Shown here in pieces: positions 15,336 to 29,230 of a DNA stretch of 64,000 nucleotides; within the stretch, counting starts at the first letter, position 1; every line of letters begins with the position of its first letter. This DNA is from Octopus vulgaris (taxonomy: Eukaryota), in NCBI GenBank assembly GCA_951406725.2, contig OX597822.1, positions 72,912,001-72,976,000 on the forward strand, in the 5' to 3' direction. The notes beneath the pieces were generated by a model, which saw nothing but the letters and a program-made list of their open reading frames with translations, ran no database searches and was not told where the DNA came from. The position numbers and the translations under genes are program-made.

Positions 15336-15420
15336 ATTTTCCTGATGAGAAATCTGCATAATGTACTCCTTATTCCTTCGGAATTAGGAATATGCAGCCT
15401 TCGAAACATACGTCGAGAAT
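15336..15420 (+). ncRNA. Type-I hammerhead ribozyme with intact core
   Basis: Stem I ATTTTC/GAGAAT (one G-U); CTGATGA 15342-48; stem II GAA/TTC extended by CTGCATA/TATGCAG; GAAA 15403-06; stem III A-CATACG-T; GUC triplet ending 15414. Confidence 0.85.
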
Positions 15421-16597
15421 AAAGGATATTTGTTAACTAGTCGTTCAACTCCATTCTTTCATATACTTATAATTTTAAAACAAACATACAAATTTCCGCA
15501 CGAAGACACGTAGTCTATGCCCAAGGGATGTAGCTTCAACCGTGTTCTTTCTGATGTGAATTTGCTACCCAGGTATCGGTTATCTTTCGAATCATCCTTA
15601 ATAAGATAATTCATTCAATTACTCAAATATATATATATATATATATATATGGGGGGGGGTGCACGCTAGCTGACATACCCGGTAATTCCCGGAAAAGCGA
15701 GGCTTATCCCCCTATTATCATAATTTTTTCGCTAACCTCACACCTCCATACAAGGTAGTAACACTTAAAACGGTTTTTGTGCATTTACAGAGAATACGGA
15801 ACCATCTTACATACGGTCTTGTTTTTGGGAAATGCCAATAAGTTTTGAATACCAAAATCGTGAATAACGTTACGTAATAACAGGCAAATCGGATGTGAGA
15901 TAGCAATTCAAAGTATGTAGCTCTGAAAAGTTCTTCATGCAGCGCCTATCAATTAGCTGAAATGACGTGAAAGATATCGTTATTTATGGTATATTCTTAA
16001 ATAAGTCATTAACCAAAATAAGTGAATCTATTGTTGAGGAAAATACTATGTACTTGTTTAAGTGTTGTTCTGGGTAAGGTGCGAAAATAACCTTAACATT
16101 TCAAATACAAAGAAATAAGCATACTAAATTTGTTTTATAGCAAATAAAATGTAATATTTTGAAAAATGTCTGCACAGTTTACATACAAACAGTACGTTAA
16201 TGGTAAAATTTGAAAATATGTTGCGGCATTGATATATCTATAACCCATGGTGAGATTTTACTCAAGTATAGTTTAAGTCAAACTTAGGTAGGTCTACGAA
16301 ATCTTATTAAATTTATATATTAATTTGGACAGAGGTTAGATTGATAGAATCAATGTCCTTATCTGACAACTTCTTGTAATAAAGTCCACGCAATGTAGAA
16401 CACACACGTATTTATTCAACGAAACCACTGGCAACCGGTCACTCTAGTAATATTGCTTCTCTAATAAATGGAGGGAGAAATGACCAGTGAGCAAAAGAGT
16501 AAAAAGTGAATGGATTATTTACACTTGGTCGATAAAGGAAAATAGATGGGTTATATCTGGACCTCTTCTAGGGGCCCTACTCGATCAGTTTTATATA

Positions 16598-16631
<34 letters not shown>

Positions 16632-16634
<3 letters not shown>

Positions 16635-16752
16635 CGGGCTTCTATTAGTTTCCGCCTAACAAATACAATCATTCTGAGGCTATAGTAGGAGAGACTCGCC
16701 CAATGTGCCACGCTGTGGAACTGAACCCAGAACCATGTGGTTGGGAAGCAAG
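16632..16752 (-). mobile_element. CORE-type SINE 5' fragment
   Basis: gacgggcttc...ctgaacccagaaccatgtggttggg matches the family. Confidence 0.7.
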
Positions 16753-17035
16753 TATATGTGTGTGTGAAACATATGTATGCATGTATGTATATATATATTT
16801 TTGACGTCATAAGAATTTCATAATCTTTCGAAGGAATTTTAAATAAAATTGTTTTTGCTTTTGGAACATTGGATATCGTCTACACAGGGCATAAAGGTAA
16901 ATATATCATCACGTAAATATTGATCTGAAAATCCTTTTTCGATATACTTTCTCTAACCATAACGGTTTTGCAACTTAGTATTTACATATTATTTATAACT
17001 TTTTGTCAAATAACTCAAAATCTGAACGTGTCCGA

Positions 17036-17070
<35 letters not shown>

Positions 17071-17075
<5 letters not shown>

Positions 17076-17465
17076 TAAATTATAATTTAGAGTATCTAAG
17101 AGATATCACCACGCTGGAAATAGCAGCCAAAACTTGACTTTAAAACGACATCAAATGTTCATACAGCACCAGGAGAGAAGACAAAAAGACAAAATAAACT
17201 AGCAAAAAAGAAAAAAGAATTACTGGAGAATTCCAGATCCCGAATTTCTGGTTCTGTATAAGAAATGCTCGTCTTCTCTCCTGGTGCTGTATGAACATTT
17301 TATGTGGTTTTAGAGTCAAGTTTTGGCTGCTATTTCCAGCGGGGTGGTATCTCTTAGGTACCCTAAATTATAATTTTAATAATAATTAATACCTTTGAAG
17401 GGTTTTTTATTACAATGCTGGCCACCTGATAAGATAGTTATTTAAATAACGATCTTATCCTTATT
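17071..17465 (+). mobile_element. Fold-back unit between (TA)n tracts: 112-bp arms (17071-17182 / 17271-17382) plus ~80-nt tail
   Basis: Arms are reverse complements with about 8 mismatches by eye; TA repeats on both sides. Confidence 0.8.
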
Positions 17466-18488
17466 TATATAAATATATATATGCATGTGTGTGTGAGTGT
17501 GTGTATGTGCGTATACATATGTTTATATATGAATTTTTTGCACGTGTCTCTCTCACGTCCTCTATATATACACACAAATACATCAAATATACACGAGTAC
17601 AGGTCTGTGCTCTCCGTGTGTGCGTATGTGTGTATGTATGTATCAAAGACTTGTCTTTACGTAGATTCAAGAAAAGATAGAGATCTTGGTACGCTAGCCA
17701 CTTTAAAAGAAGCCTGACTGCTCTGAATCAGGAAGCAAGAGAAATGTAATGAGCGTAAACGGCTCAATTAAAGCATCATAAAGCATCAGTTCTATAATAA
17801 TTCTTTAGGGAACAATGTTATCTTCATTAATTAAAATTAATAGAGTATACACTTTGGAATAATTAAGGCATGGGCCAAAATTCATACAATCGTTACATCC
17901 ACAACCTGCTCAATCAGTAGCAGATACATGTCAAAGATAGTAATACACTTGGCAAAAATATTCTCTGGAGAATTTATGGAGAAGAACTGCGTGAACCTAG
18001 AGAAAATATTTATAATTACGAGCTTACAAAAGTTTGTTAATGTTAACACCAAGGAAAATGAAAACCACTTCGCAATTCCACTACACCTCTAGCCTAGGAA
18101 GATAAGATACTTGTCAATAATTCAGTAAGCTGATCCGTAACAGCATAACATCTTATGATAAGTTGTCGAAAAGTAGCGCCTATACCGAGTTAAAAGTATC
18201 AAGTTGTTATCTTAAATAACTGTACACCAGATAAGTCACAAATTCAGATAATGTATATCGTTAATAACTTTCACTCTTTGCTCTGAATTCAATAAATCAT
18301 CACCAAATAAACACAATTATGTATCTGTACCGTGTCTGTCTTTTCTTTGGTAGGTGTCGGTGTAAAGAACCATTTCAGTAATTCGTAAGGCTTCTAATTC
18401 TTACCATTTAAACATAATAGCATTCAAATCTTAATTAATACTCATTTATTTTCAGTTCGCATCACTCTTAACTTTTCCTTATATATAC

Positions 18489-18534
<46 letters not shown>

Positions 18535-19769
18535 TATAGTTTCTTCATTGGTTAGCTTTCTTGCAATAAATCAAGATTTACTGTAATCGATAATAAACTT
18601 GTGTGGTAGATGAATGGAGAATATAAAAGAGAAAGCTGGAAACAATAATAATTTAAATTAATGCATTTCGGACGTTTTATGCTCGAAATAAGTTTTTGTT
18701 TTACTTTTTATTTTTATTGGAATTATTTTTGGCTGAAAATAAATTTGAAATGAATAATACAAGGAAATCATGAAAAAACGAAAGTTGCAAGAAAAGTCGC
18801 TGACATTAAGAAAGAAAAGATGTAAAACGAAAAAAAGTAAAAGTGACATGTTTTGGGTGGTGTGAGGGTGTAATGGTGTTAAACGTGATATTGTTCTGAA
18901 TTTAGTCTCGATTATTCATTCAAGCCTACTATTTAGAATTGTCGACATGAATAACATGTCTGGCTATATTTCCATTTCAAACTTAATTAAACCAAAATAT
19001 ACATCCGTCCTACGTTTTCATATTGTGTTGGTAACAATGCCACAGATACATAACAGAAAGCAAAATGTAATCGCGTGATCAGACCTTTCTGAAAGTAATT
19101 TTTGAAGTATCCAAACAAACGAGGACATGGCTTGACATTAATTAACGGTGCTCCTCACAGAAGAGGTTTGTACCATAGGTATGTTGTTTATAGAATTCAT
19201 GCGGATGGATGATTACTTTTTATTTACTTATAATTCGTCATTATCGAACGGATAACACACAAATTTGCCTTCGGAGTAATTTCATTTCAGCAAACGGTGT
19301 GCATAATAAAACCGGAAAAATGCATTAAGTACAATGCGCCACTCTTCCAAGCAGCTGTGTCATTAAACGTTGTATTGACAACTGATAGGCATTTTAGTAA
19401 ATCTAATTTGGGGGTCAAGTGGATAAACACTTGATTGCTCATAACCATGCTTTTGGAACTTATAGACAAAGACGAAAGTGTGATGACGTCGTATTACTTT
19501 GGAAAGAAACGCAGTTGATCCCGTTTAATTTTAGGTGTTTCAGCTTTTCCTATCTTTGAATTTAATATCGTTTTATATTTTGAGCTTGCAAAAGACACAC
19601 GGAGTGTCAAAATATTGTCCATTCGTTCCATTTTCATTTTAATAAACAGATTTAATCTATGTTTATTACCAATAACAGTCGCGCTCTTCTTCTTGTTTTA
19701 ATATTAACAACAAAAACAATAATAATAATAATAATAATAATTTAACCATAATAATAATAATATTATGAC

Positions 19770-20885
19770 CATACCGGTCGCGACTTGCAGTTTCAATATT
19801 ATTTACTGATCGATTACTGAAATCTGTAATATTGATTGAAAATTATGAAAACTATTGTCAATGTATCGAAAGCACCACATTACGGCAGATATAGAACGAC
19901 TTTACCTGCCAATAAAAGAGGGTGGCCGTGGACTTTTACAACAGGAACCAACAATGAAGATTGCCACAATTGGCCTAAATACCTACCTAGAAAACACTAT
20001 GACCTGGATGGTAAAATTTGTCTTAAAGCATGAAATGAAAACATCCTACTCAGTAACAAAATAGGCAACGAAATATCTAAGTGAATTCTAAATACAAAAA
20101 ATTCCAGAATTAGACTACTGCAAACAAGCACTGACAAAGCTGAACGTATGAAAATCCGTGCTATAAGTGCTCCCTTAGATATTCTTAGTGGTAAATGGCA
20201 AGAAAATCTTCTTAGTGGTAAATACCCAAAGAGGGATAATAATGCTGATGTTGACAAAGCCCTTACCCATCAATGGTTAGTGTTTTCTAACTTAAAATCA
20301 GCGACAGAAAGGTTTATCATAGCAGCCCAAATTCAATACCTACCTACAAGAAGCTACCGGGTCAACATCTTAAAGAACGGCAGTAGCCCAACATGTCGTG
20401 TATGTAAACAACAAAATGAAACCATGTTCTCTCTATGTGCAAACTTCTTGTGCCTACAGAGTATCACAGCAGGCATGATAGCGCAGCATAGTATATTCAC
20501 TAGATAATTTGCAAAGACTTGGGTCTGTCTCATTATAAAACCTGGTGGAAACACAAACCACCGCCACTACTTGAAAATGACCATATCTCACTCCATTGGA
20601 ACTTCATCATTCAAAGTGACAGAAAGATAGATGAAAATAGAAGCCAGAGGTTATATTGAAGAATTTCAAAAGAAAATCATGCGTGCTCATCAATATGACT
20701 GTCTCAATCGACATAAATGTATGTGTCAAGACCTACCAACTGAACAAGTATAATGATCTGGAAAGAGAAATTGGCAAAATGTGGAACCTCATGACTAAAA
20801 AAATTCCTGTTGTCATAGGTGTCCTACGAATGATTGCAAAATAGGCTGATTGCTACCTAACTCAGTTACCAAGAAATAGACATAA
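19770..20885 (+). pseudogene. Degenerate R4/Dong C-terminal fragment after (TAA)n
   Basis: HHITADIERLYLPIKEGGRGL, TERFIIAAQIQYLPTRSY...CRVCKQQNET, KYNDLEREIGKMWNL..KKIPVVIGVL. Confidence 0.88.
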
Positions 20886-22563
20886 TCGTGGAGGAGGAGG
20901 CGAGGAAAAAGAAAAAAGGAGGAGGAGGAGGCGAAAAAGAAAAGTTGGAGGATGAGAAGGAGAAGGAGGAGAAAAGAGGAAGAAATAGAAAGAGGGGAGG
21001 AGGAGGGGAAGAAGTGGTAGAAGAAGAAGAAGAGTATTTTTCTACCTACAAGTCCTTGTTCCAATTTTGTAGCTTGTGTTCGGCCAAGCCAGCAAACTTA
21101 CGCTTCATGCAGGGCCTCCTCTCAGTTTTTACTGGTCAAATAGAGGCCATACTAATATGGACCATTTCAGTCCAGATATAAAAATGGTTTTGCATAGGGT
21201 CAACAATCCTACTTACACAAAGTAGAGTTACGAAAACATCAAATACAATTCAGAACCAACGAAATCTGAAAGAGGTAAGCCTTCCATCAGAGAGACACAT
21301 ATCAGGTCGGGATGCTGATGAAGAGCTGAAAAAGTAGGGATCGACCAGGGCGGAAGCAGGAAAGACAGCACCGAGTCGAAATCGGTGAAGGAGAGCCATC
21401 AATGGCCTAAGCTTCATGGAGAGGAGAAGAACGTAATTAAGTATATTATGGGTTTTAGGAAAATTTGGTGTATGATCTTAGCTTCTTTGCATGCGTTTTA
21501 TGCGCGTGTAGGTACGCATGTGCGTACGTAAGAGGAGAACGAGAAAGAGAGGGTGGTAGACAAGCAGATAGATAAAGCGTGACTTAAAAGAAAGAAAGTA
21601 GCGGGTAAGAACATTAGTTGAATTATATAGCCCGACATCGATCAAACACTTCTGTGTACGAATATATATCTAGATACGTTCTTGTTGTTGTTGCATATGC
21701 ACTGTACAAACAAAAACGTGTCAGAACGAAACAATATTTCCGATTATAAAAGAGGATATATAATATTAGATACATTTACAATAGATATAACACACACACA
21801 TATATGTGAAGAGGGAGCACTCACTATCATATTGCTAGTTTAATTACATAATACAATCCAGTGCTAGTTTATAATGGTTATTGACTATGTAATGTTTTGT
21901 GTATCATGTAACAGTAATTATATAATGCAATAATAAGACTATTCTGCGATACAATTTATCCACACACACGCACTCACACAAAAACATAATCGCATTCCCC
22001 TTCCACACACACATACACACGCGCGTTTATATGTATATATATGTGTGTGTGCGTGTGTGTGTCTGTGCGTGTATTCATATGTATATATATATATATATAT
22101 ACGTGTGTCTGTGTATACATGTGTGTATATATATATATATTTATATACTGCGTTCGTCTTTTTGCGTGGTTATGAGTATAACTGTAAAGTGCTCAGGTCC
22201 ATTTTATTTCGTCTGATTTCACCAACTCATTGCTTTGTTTTCAGATACTGCTGCACATATACAACCGTATTCTCAAATATACAAACACACACACACACAC
22301 ATACACTCAGATGCTTTTTCTCACATACTGACAGGTAAGTGCACCTGAAACAAACAGCGTAATAAAATTTAATGATATTTTTCTGCCAGTAAAATTATAT
22401 GTGATATTGTATTTAATTTGTTATTTGTGTGATAAACATTTTGAAATGATAATATAATTATAGCCTCCAGTTATTTTTTCAATTTTCTGCAGAAACTGCA
22501 TTATTTCTACATGAATACCGAGATTTTTGGTGTCGAAAAACAACACTAATGATGATGATGACG

Positions 22564-22599
<36 letters not shown>

Positions 22600-22601
<2 letters not shown>

Positions 22602-23271
22602 GCATTGAGAACAAACTACATAAAATACAGAATTGACAACACGTCAGAAAGTGATAGGTGCAGAAACTGTGGACAAAATGGTGAAACCGTTTGGCATATT
22701 ACCAGTCAATGTACGCCACTAGCCCAGAAGGAATATAAGAGACGCAACGACAATATAGCAAGGCTTGTCCATTGGACATTTTGCAACAAGTATGGACTTG
22801 ACGGAGTAAAAACTTTGGTACGACCACAAACCCGAAATCATCATCGAAAATGATAATGCAAAGATCCTATGGAATTTTTTGATTCAGTGCGACCATGAGA
22901 TAGATAATAGGAAGCCAGACATAAATATAGTATGCCCAGCTGGCAGGCAACAAGGTATGCGATAAGGAAGAAAGAAAAGTCGATAGATATGACAGGTTAG
23001 CTTAGGTGGTTAAGCAGTTGTGGTCGATGAAAAAGGTGGTAGTAGTACCAATAATTGTAGGGGCCCTGGGAACAGTGAGTAAAAATCTTGAGAAGTGCAT
23101 GAAACAAATAGGGGCTGCAATAAGGGTGGAGCACTTGCAGAAAGCAGCACTGCTTGGAACCGCTCGAATACTCCGGAAGGTACTCGAAAAATAAGAGGTG
23201 TTACTTTAGTTCACTGGTAGTGAACAGCTGACACTGTAGTACATCTCCAGCGTTAGAAGCTGTGCAAAGGC
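22600..23271 (+). mobile_element. 5'-truncated Dong-like element between (TAA)n arrays
   Basis: ALRTNYIKYRID...CRNCGQNGETVWHITSQCTPLAQKEYKRRND; VVPIIVGALG...EHLQKAALLGTARILRKVL; TAA at 22565-22599 and 23272-23371. Confidence 0.92.
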
Positions 23272-23296
23272 AATAATAATAATAATAATAATAATG

Positions 23297-23373
<77 letters not shown>

Positions 23374-23849
23374 CGTTTGAAACATCAGTGTGTAGATGTT
23401 CGTACTGTTTTCTGTTAGGTTTTCCAAATCTGAGCAGGAAACATTTAATTTACATTTACCGCCACATTTATAACGGGGTTTCTGTTCTGAACGGCCAGTC
23501 CTGATGCTTGTGGCTCTCATTGATTTTTGTACAGACAACTCATTGATCATATTATCTTCTTATATGCCATAATAATTTGGATTTATATGAAAACCCTGTA
23601 TTACTACAAGTCACCAAATATCACACCCACATTGGCGATCTGTTTAGGTTTTTACGCTGAACCTAAAACAAATGCCAAAATAGTTGACCTTCAAGACAAA
23701 AATCTCGTGGGTAACACTGACACGAGCAAACATGTTGAATTAAATTTAAAATAAAGCAAAGTGAAACCAAATTCTGGATCACCTACAGAAAACTGGCCAA
23801 CACAACCCTAGCAAGAACAATGGAATAAAACATAATGGGTAGTAATATG

Positions 23850-25050
23850 TGGAACTTAGAAAAATGGCAAATTATATGTGTTGGAACCTTGAACATGAAA
23901 ATCTAAAGAGGAAATATTGAAAGAAATAAAGGCAGTAGGAACGTTTCCTTTGATCCAACGAAAATAAACCTAGAGATAAAACAGTAACGGGACTAATGAA
24001 ATCGCAAAACTGACCCTAATAAACTTAATAAAAACAGCCATGAGCATCAATATTACTAGGTTAAAGGCAGCTGCCATTTCTACAAGAAAATGTTTGCATC
24101 CCTTCATATTTGCTCAATACATCGAGATCTATCAAAACCCAATCAAACACTAGATAGGAAAAATAGATAGGAAAAATAATATGAAAATAACAAAAAATAA
24201 TGCCAAAATCCTTTTGAAATCACTACCAACACGGCACAAATAGAAGAAAAGATAGCAAGACAAATAGTGTACAAATATAATAAAGCGAAAATAAGTCAAG
24301 TAATTAAAATCAAAGAAATTGTGAAACAAGAAGACTTGGCTAAATTGAAATAAGCGGCCAGGATAAAAACGACAAAGACTCTATGGATAAAAGAACACGT
24401 ACACACAAGAACTATCAAGAACTAGCTATAAAATAACAGAGGAATCTATGTACAAGCAATAGCAAGAGAAATAGAATACTAGAGCGGAGCACTGACTAGC
24501 TCAACGCGGAAGTGATTGTTTAAAACCAAGAGCTAAGCATTTCTACGAAATGAAATCCTATAATAGCAGACACTTCAAAATGTATGGAGGGTAAAAGAGA
24601 AACTTATTTTCTCTACGCGGTCTTAGTCAATAAAGTACACATTAGCAGGCACTACGGTGTTTATGCTCTCATATATTGAAGATTGGCTAAAACTATGAGG
24701 TAGCGATTTTCTGGTTATCTTTATGAAATGGCTGCATGTTGTCAAGATCCACCAGAAATCTAGGTGGCTCTTAATCAAGGTATCCGTTTCAGTAAAGCAT
24801 AATATTTCTCGAAAAGAAACGAAGAAATTATTCAAATTAAAGATGGAAAAATAAATGTAACCAGAATGTAAAGAATGAAAAGAGAAACTGCCTTTATAAC
24901 AAAATGTCTTGGGAATAATTAAAAGCTATGAGGGCAAATATATTGCTACCATCTACGGTCCTGAATTCAAGTCGTGGATGGGTATATTACGCAACATAAC
25001 TATATCCTGCAATGACAATTGCAACCTCTAGAAACATACACGTCGCAAAT
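23850..25050 (+). pseudogene. Possible highly decayed LINE (RTE-like)
   Basis: A-rich plus strand; remnant SYEGKYIATIYGPEFK at ~24925-24970 resembles RTE FERKILRxIYGP. No clear RT motif. Confidence 0.3.
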
Positions 25051-25625
25051 TAAATCAAAGGATACTTTTTACAGAAAGTCATATTAATACATAAATATCG
25101 TGATCCAATAACTTCGTTACTGAAGCCATTTTACCTATTAAACAATCCACACCAAAATACACCTGTCTTGCTAAGATAAGTATATTGACCCTACAAATGC
25201 ATAGTAGTAAAGCAACACTCCAAATCCTATCTTAATGTAATAAATCTTAATCTAATTTAACATACACGTTATCACAATGCATTCACAGATCAAGGGAAAG
25301 AAAATACTTTTGAGAACTTCAAACACACTAGTCCACTGGAATTAGATGTCAAAGTTTGCAGTTGTCACCAACATAAATTCTGTAACGGAAAAAATATTTG
25401 TAAAAGTGTTGAAAATTTAACAAAGACTGCAATATAAGACATGACTGGTAAACATGCGTATCCAACATGCTAAACATTCTACATGGGTAGTTAGCAGCAT
25501 CACTGATATCTGTACCACGCGCTATCTCACAATACCAGACTGTGCCAATGGGCAACAGTACCAAGCAAATATCTTTAGACATTGCTCGAAACTCAGTGAT
25601 CAAAATTCTATCCTGTGAAGGCATA

Positions 25626-26517
25626 CGAGATCTGATCAATACGTTCCGGACTGTTGCCATAGTGACGAATCTAAATCCCGCAGAGTGAAGCCGCCTGATA
25701 CTGATTGACCTCAGACGCCACTGTGCATGTGCACTAAACTTTAACATTTTAGCTTACTACCACTCTTTACAGAAGTGCTTGGAAGGAAGGTGTGTAGCGT
25801 GTGATCGTCACATTGTCCATGACAGAGAAAGTTGTCAAGGCGATACCTGCTCAAAGGCCAATGCAAAGTTGCAGAAATTGTATAAATAGGATTGTATGAT
25901 CCGCGCAGAAGTGTAGGAGTGGTACAGACGTTTCCAAGATGGCCCCAAATGGTCGATATTGACGAAAGTTTTGGGAGAACCGCAACCAGCAGAGCTGAGA
26001 GAAACATCGCAGATGTGCGTGCAATTGTGAGAGAAAATTGTCGAATCACCATCCGTGAGTTATCAGAAGAAGTGCAGATTAGTTAGGGTTTACTTCAATC
26101 CATTATCACTTTCGATTTGGAAATGAGACACGTATCTGTCAAGTTTGTACCCAAAGTGCTATCAGCTGACCAAAAAGACACTCCGGTTTCAATTGCACAG
26201 GATCTCCTTGATTATGTCGAGAACCATGAGATTTCTTGAAAATTTCGCGTAGGCCCCTGAGCAGGTTTCGTCAAACATTTGGCAACATTTGATGCAGATT
26301 CTCTGCTCAACTTACTTTGACATGGTAAAAGAGGTGATCACACGTTACACATCTTCCTTCCAAGCATTGCTTTAAACATGGAAACGAAGATAGAACATTA
26401 AACCTTAGTGCACATGCACAACAGAGTTCAAGGTCAATTTGTTCCAAACGGCTTCACTTTCTGTGCTTTAGCTTCGTTACCATAGGTACAGTCCGCATAC
26501 TTATTGATCAGTTCACG
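25626..26517 (+). mobile_element. Internally deleted mariner element
   Basis: TIRs cgagatctgatcaatacgttccggactgt / acagtccgcatacttattgatcagttcacg with TA TSDs; HTH remnant DIDESFGRTATSR..NIADVRAIVRENCRITIRELSEEV and VSVKFVPKVL; catalytic domain missing. Confidence 0.9.
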
Positions 26518-27782
26518 TACACAAAAACAGAGCATAATTTGATAACTTAGTTACACCAAAGAGCCAATAGCAATAGAGAAATCTAACCCCTAAGTTCTTT
26601 TCATAAGTGCAAACACCTAGGGCCTGAAATAATTGTTATATAACTATGGATAACTATGTATATAATACTTATAATTATCTGTATCGACGAGACAACGAGC
26701 GAGTCACTGTCTTCACTGAAATTTATTTGAAATACCAACGAAATATCTTTTAATTCTCACCCTACCATCAGGAACATTGATATCTCCGAGACGCTGGCTA
26801 CTAGACGTCAAAATAAACAATTTCATGAATAGATAAATGGTTATAACTTTAATAGCTTTGAACGTAAGCCTGTTTGATCAGGGATGATCCTAAAATGTGT
26901 AAAAATACTCATACACAATTATGTGTGAAAATACTCATTATTGACATATTTAACCCACGCATTTTCATTTCAAAATCTCAAGAGAAATTTAGATACCCCT
27001 GAAACATACAAGTATACATGACAATTGAAACTACATACATAAATACATCAAAACTGTCAATTCTATTTTCGCTTTCCACTCAAACGAAAGAAAAATAAGA
27101 ACAAGCTGTCCAACAAACTACATGTCAGAGAACTAATCTTACGTAATGGACATAACCACTTCCATAAATTGCATTTTCCTGGGTTACCAAAAATATCTAT
27201 CCATAGATGAATATAATTTGCTTTCAAAGTATATCTGCTAAACCTCCACACGTCCTCAAAACATTCACTCAGCTTCATAGGTAGTTAACGTCACGTTCAC
27301 ATCGTTCTTCCATTGTACAACTGTACATCGTTCTGCAGAAAATTAAATCAAATCTACTTCGAGAATGCATTGTCGATCTAGAGCAATGCCTGCCATATTA
27401 ATTATCTCTTTTTGTTAATTATCTCAGCATTAATTTTACTTGGTGTGGTCATGCTGCAGTACTAACTTAAAAAATCTAGTTAAGCAAATTGAACCCAATA
27501 CATATATTTAAAAATTTAGTGCTTATTCTATCGTCTCCTTTGCCAAACAGCTATGTTACGGTGACATAAACAAACAAACACTGATACATATATATTTATA
27601 CATATATACATAAATCAGGAGGATGAGTCGTTCGCAATTTTTCAACTGAAGAGCAAAAATATATGTCACCAGAGCGACTGATGGCGTCATTCAGCACCAG
27701 CATTCCTAGAAATAAGAGTCAAAATAATTCATAGCCAAAATAACGCGCCGTCTTATCTACTCTCACACACACATATATATAC

Positions 27783-27849
<67 letters not shown>

Positions 27850-27994
27850 CACACACACATTATATTTATGAGATAGAGAGAGAGGGGGGTTACATATACA
27901 CATATATTTTTAAACAGATATATAAATATATGAATACATATACACACACGCACACAAACATATATCATCATTTAACAAGACAAGAATAGTTTTT

Positions 27995-28039
27995 ACAGTG
28001 ACTTCGAGGTTTCGGCCACTTAAGCCATCATCAGACTGT
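27995..28039 (-). ncRNA. Minimal type-I hammerhead ribozyme with intact core
   Basis: Minus strand: ACAGT-CTGATGA-T-GGC(ttaagtg)GCC-GAAA-CCTCGAAG-TC-ACTGT; 5-bp stem I, near-palindromic stem III, GUC triplet. Confidence 0.88.
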
Positions 28040-28299
28040 GTTACATTTGAGTTCATCTTGAGCTGATACAGTCTCTCTTATCCATTCACAATTAATTGGG
28101 AAATATTGTTACACAGACAAATAAAGGTAACAACAAACAGTAAACACTGTCAATTATGCACCGATGAATCATACCACATTCTTACATTTAAGAACTAAAT
28201 TTTTAACAGAAACTTCATACAAGTGCAAAATCCCCAAAACATTAAAACATTTCAAGCCAATTGATTTTCTAACGGCTAACCCTAATCCTTCCACACCGT

Positions 28300-28440
28300 T
28301 TCTCATCTTCCGTCCACCAAATTCACTCATAAGTCACTGGCCGGTTCGGAGCGACTGTAGAAGATACTTGGCCAAGGTGCTGGACAGTAGGCTGAAGCCG
28401 AAACCAAGTGGTTGGAAAACTAGTTTCTTAACCACGCAGC
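28300..28440 (-). mobile_element. CORE-type SINE 5' fragment, old
   Basis: cttccgtccaccaaattcactcataag...gccaaggtgc...accaagtggttgg matches the family. Confidence 0.6.
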
Positions 28441-28856
28441 CTTCAACTTCACTTACCACACTGTATCATACGCCATGAAACAACATAAACACATAACACA
28501 CGTAGAAATCTATCATACTCAGATTTAAATACAACACCTCTATGAAATAAAGAAATAAAGAGGTCGTTGTAAAGTTATCTTATGCATAGACAGAGCACAC
28601 ACATTCCAAATTTGTCATTCACACGCAAAAGCAATACTACTAAATTCGAATAAAGAGCCTTTATGTGGTTGTTCGATTTGTTAGAAATTGCAGTTAAAAC
28701 TTCATCAAATGTTTGAAATAGAAACAGGGTATTTATAGTTGGAATATCTTTGAGCAAAGTTTTACTCAATCAGCGATGGATCAGGAGGGTTATACAACAA
28801 TGATTTGTCCAAAAAATATAATGGACAAAAGAGTGAGTTCAATATATCTACAGACG

Positions 28857-29230
28857 AGGCGGCGCGCTGGCAGAAAGGTCAGCGGTATTTCGTCTGCCGC
28901 TACGTTCTGAGTTCAAATTCTGCCGAGGTCGGCTTTGCCTTTCATCTTTTCGGGGTCGATTAAATAAGTACCAGTTACGCACTGGGGGTCGATGTAATCG
29001 ACTTAATCCGTTTGTCTGTCCTTGTTTGTCCCCTCTGTGTTTAGCCCCTTGTGGGTAGTAAAGAAATAGGTATTTTGTTTGTACGTTCTGAGTTCAAATT
29101 CCGCCGAGGTCGACTGTGCCTTTCATCCTTTCGGGGTCGATAAATTAAGTACCAGTTGCGTACTGAGATCGATCTAATCGACTGATCTCCTCACCCAAAA
29201 TTTCGAGCGTTGTGCCTAGAGTAGAAAAGA
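28857..29230 (+). mobile_element. Dimeric Nin-type tRNA SINE
   Basis: ggcggcgcgctggcagaa head, gagttcaaat B box, gcctttcatcctttcggggtcgat...agtaccag twice, joined by aaagaaataggtattt. Confidence 0.88.

Noticed and set aside
15650-16577. Possible DNA transposon between TA tracts
   Set aside because: No matching TIR pair or transposase motif found by eye.
21060-21430. Possible RTE 5' UTR relic containing CTGATGA
   Set aside because: Resemblance too weak; no hammerhead stems.
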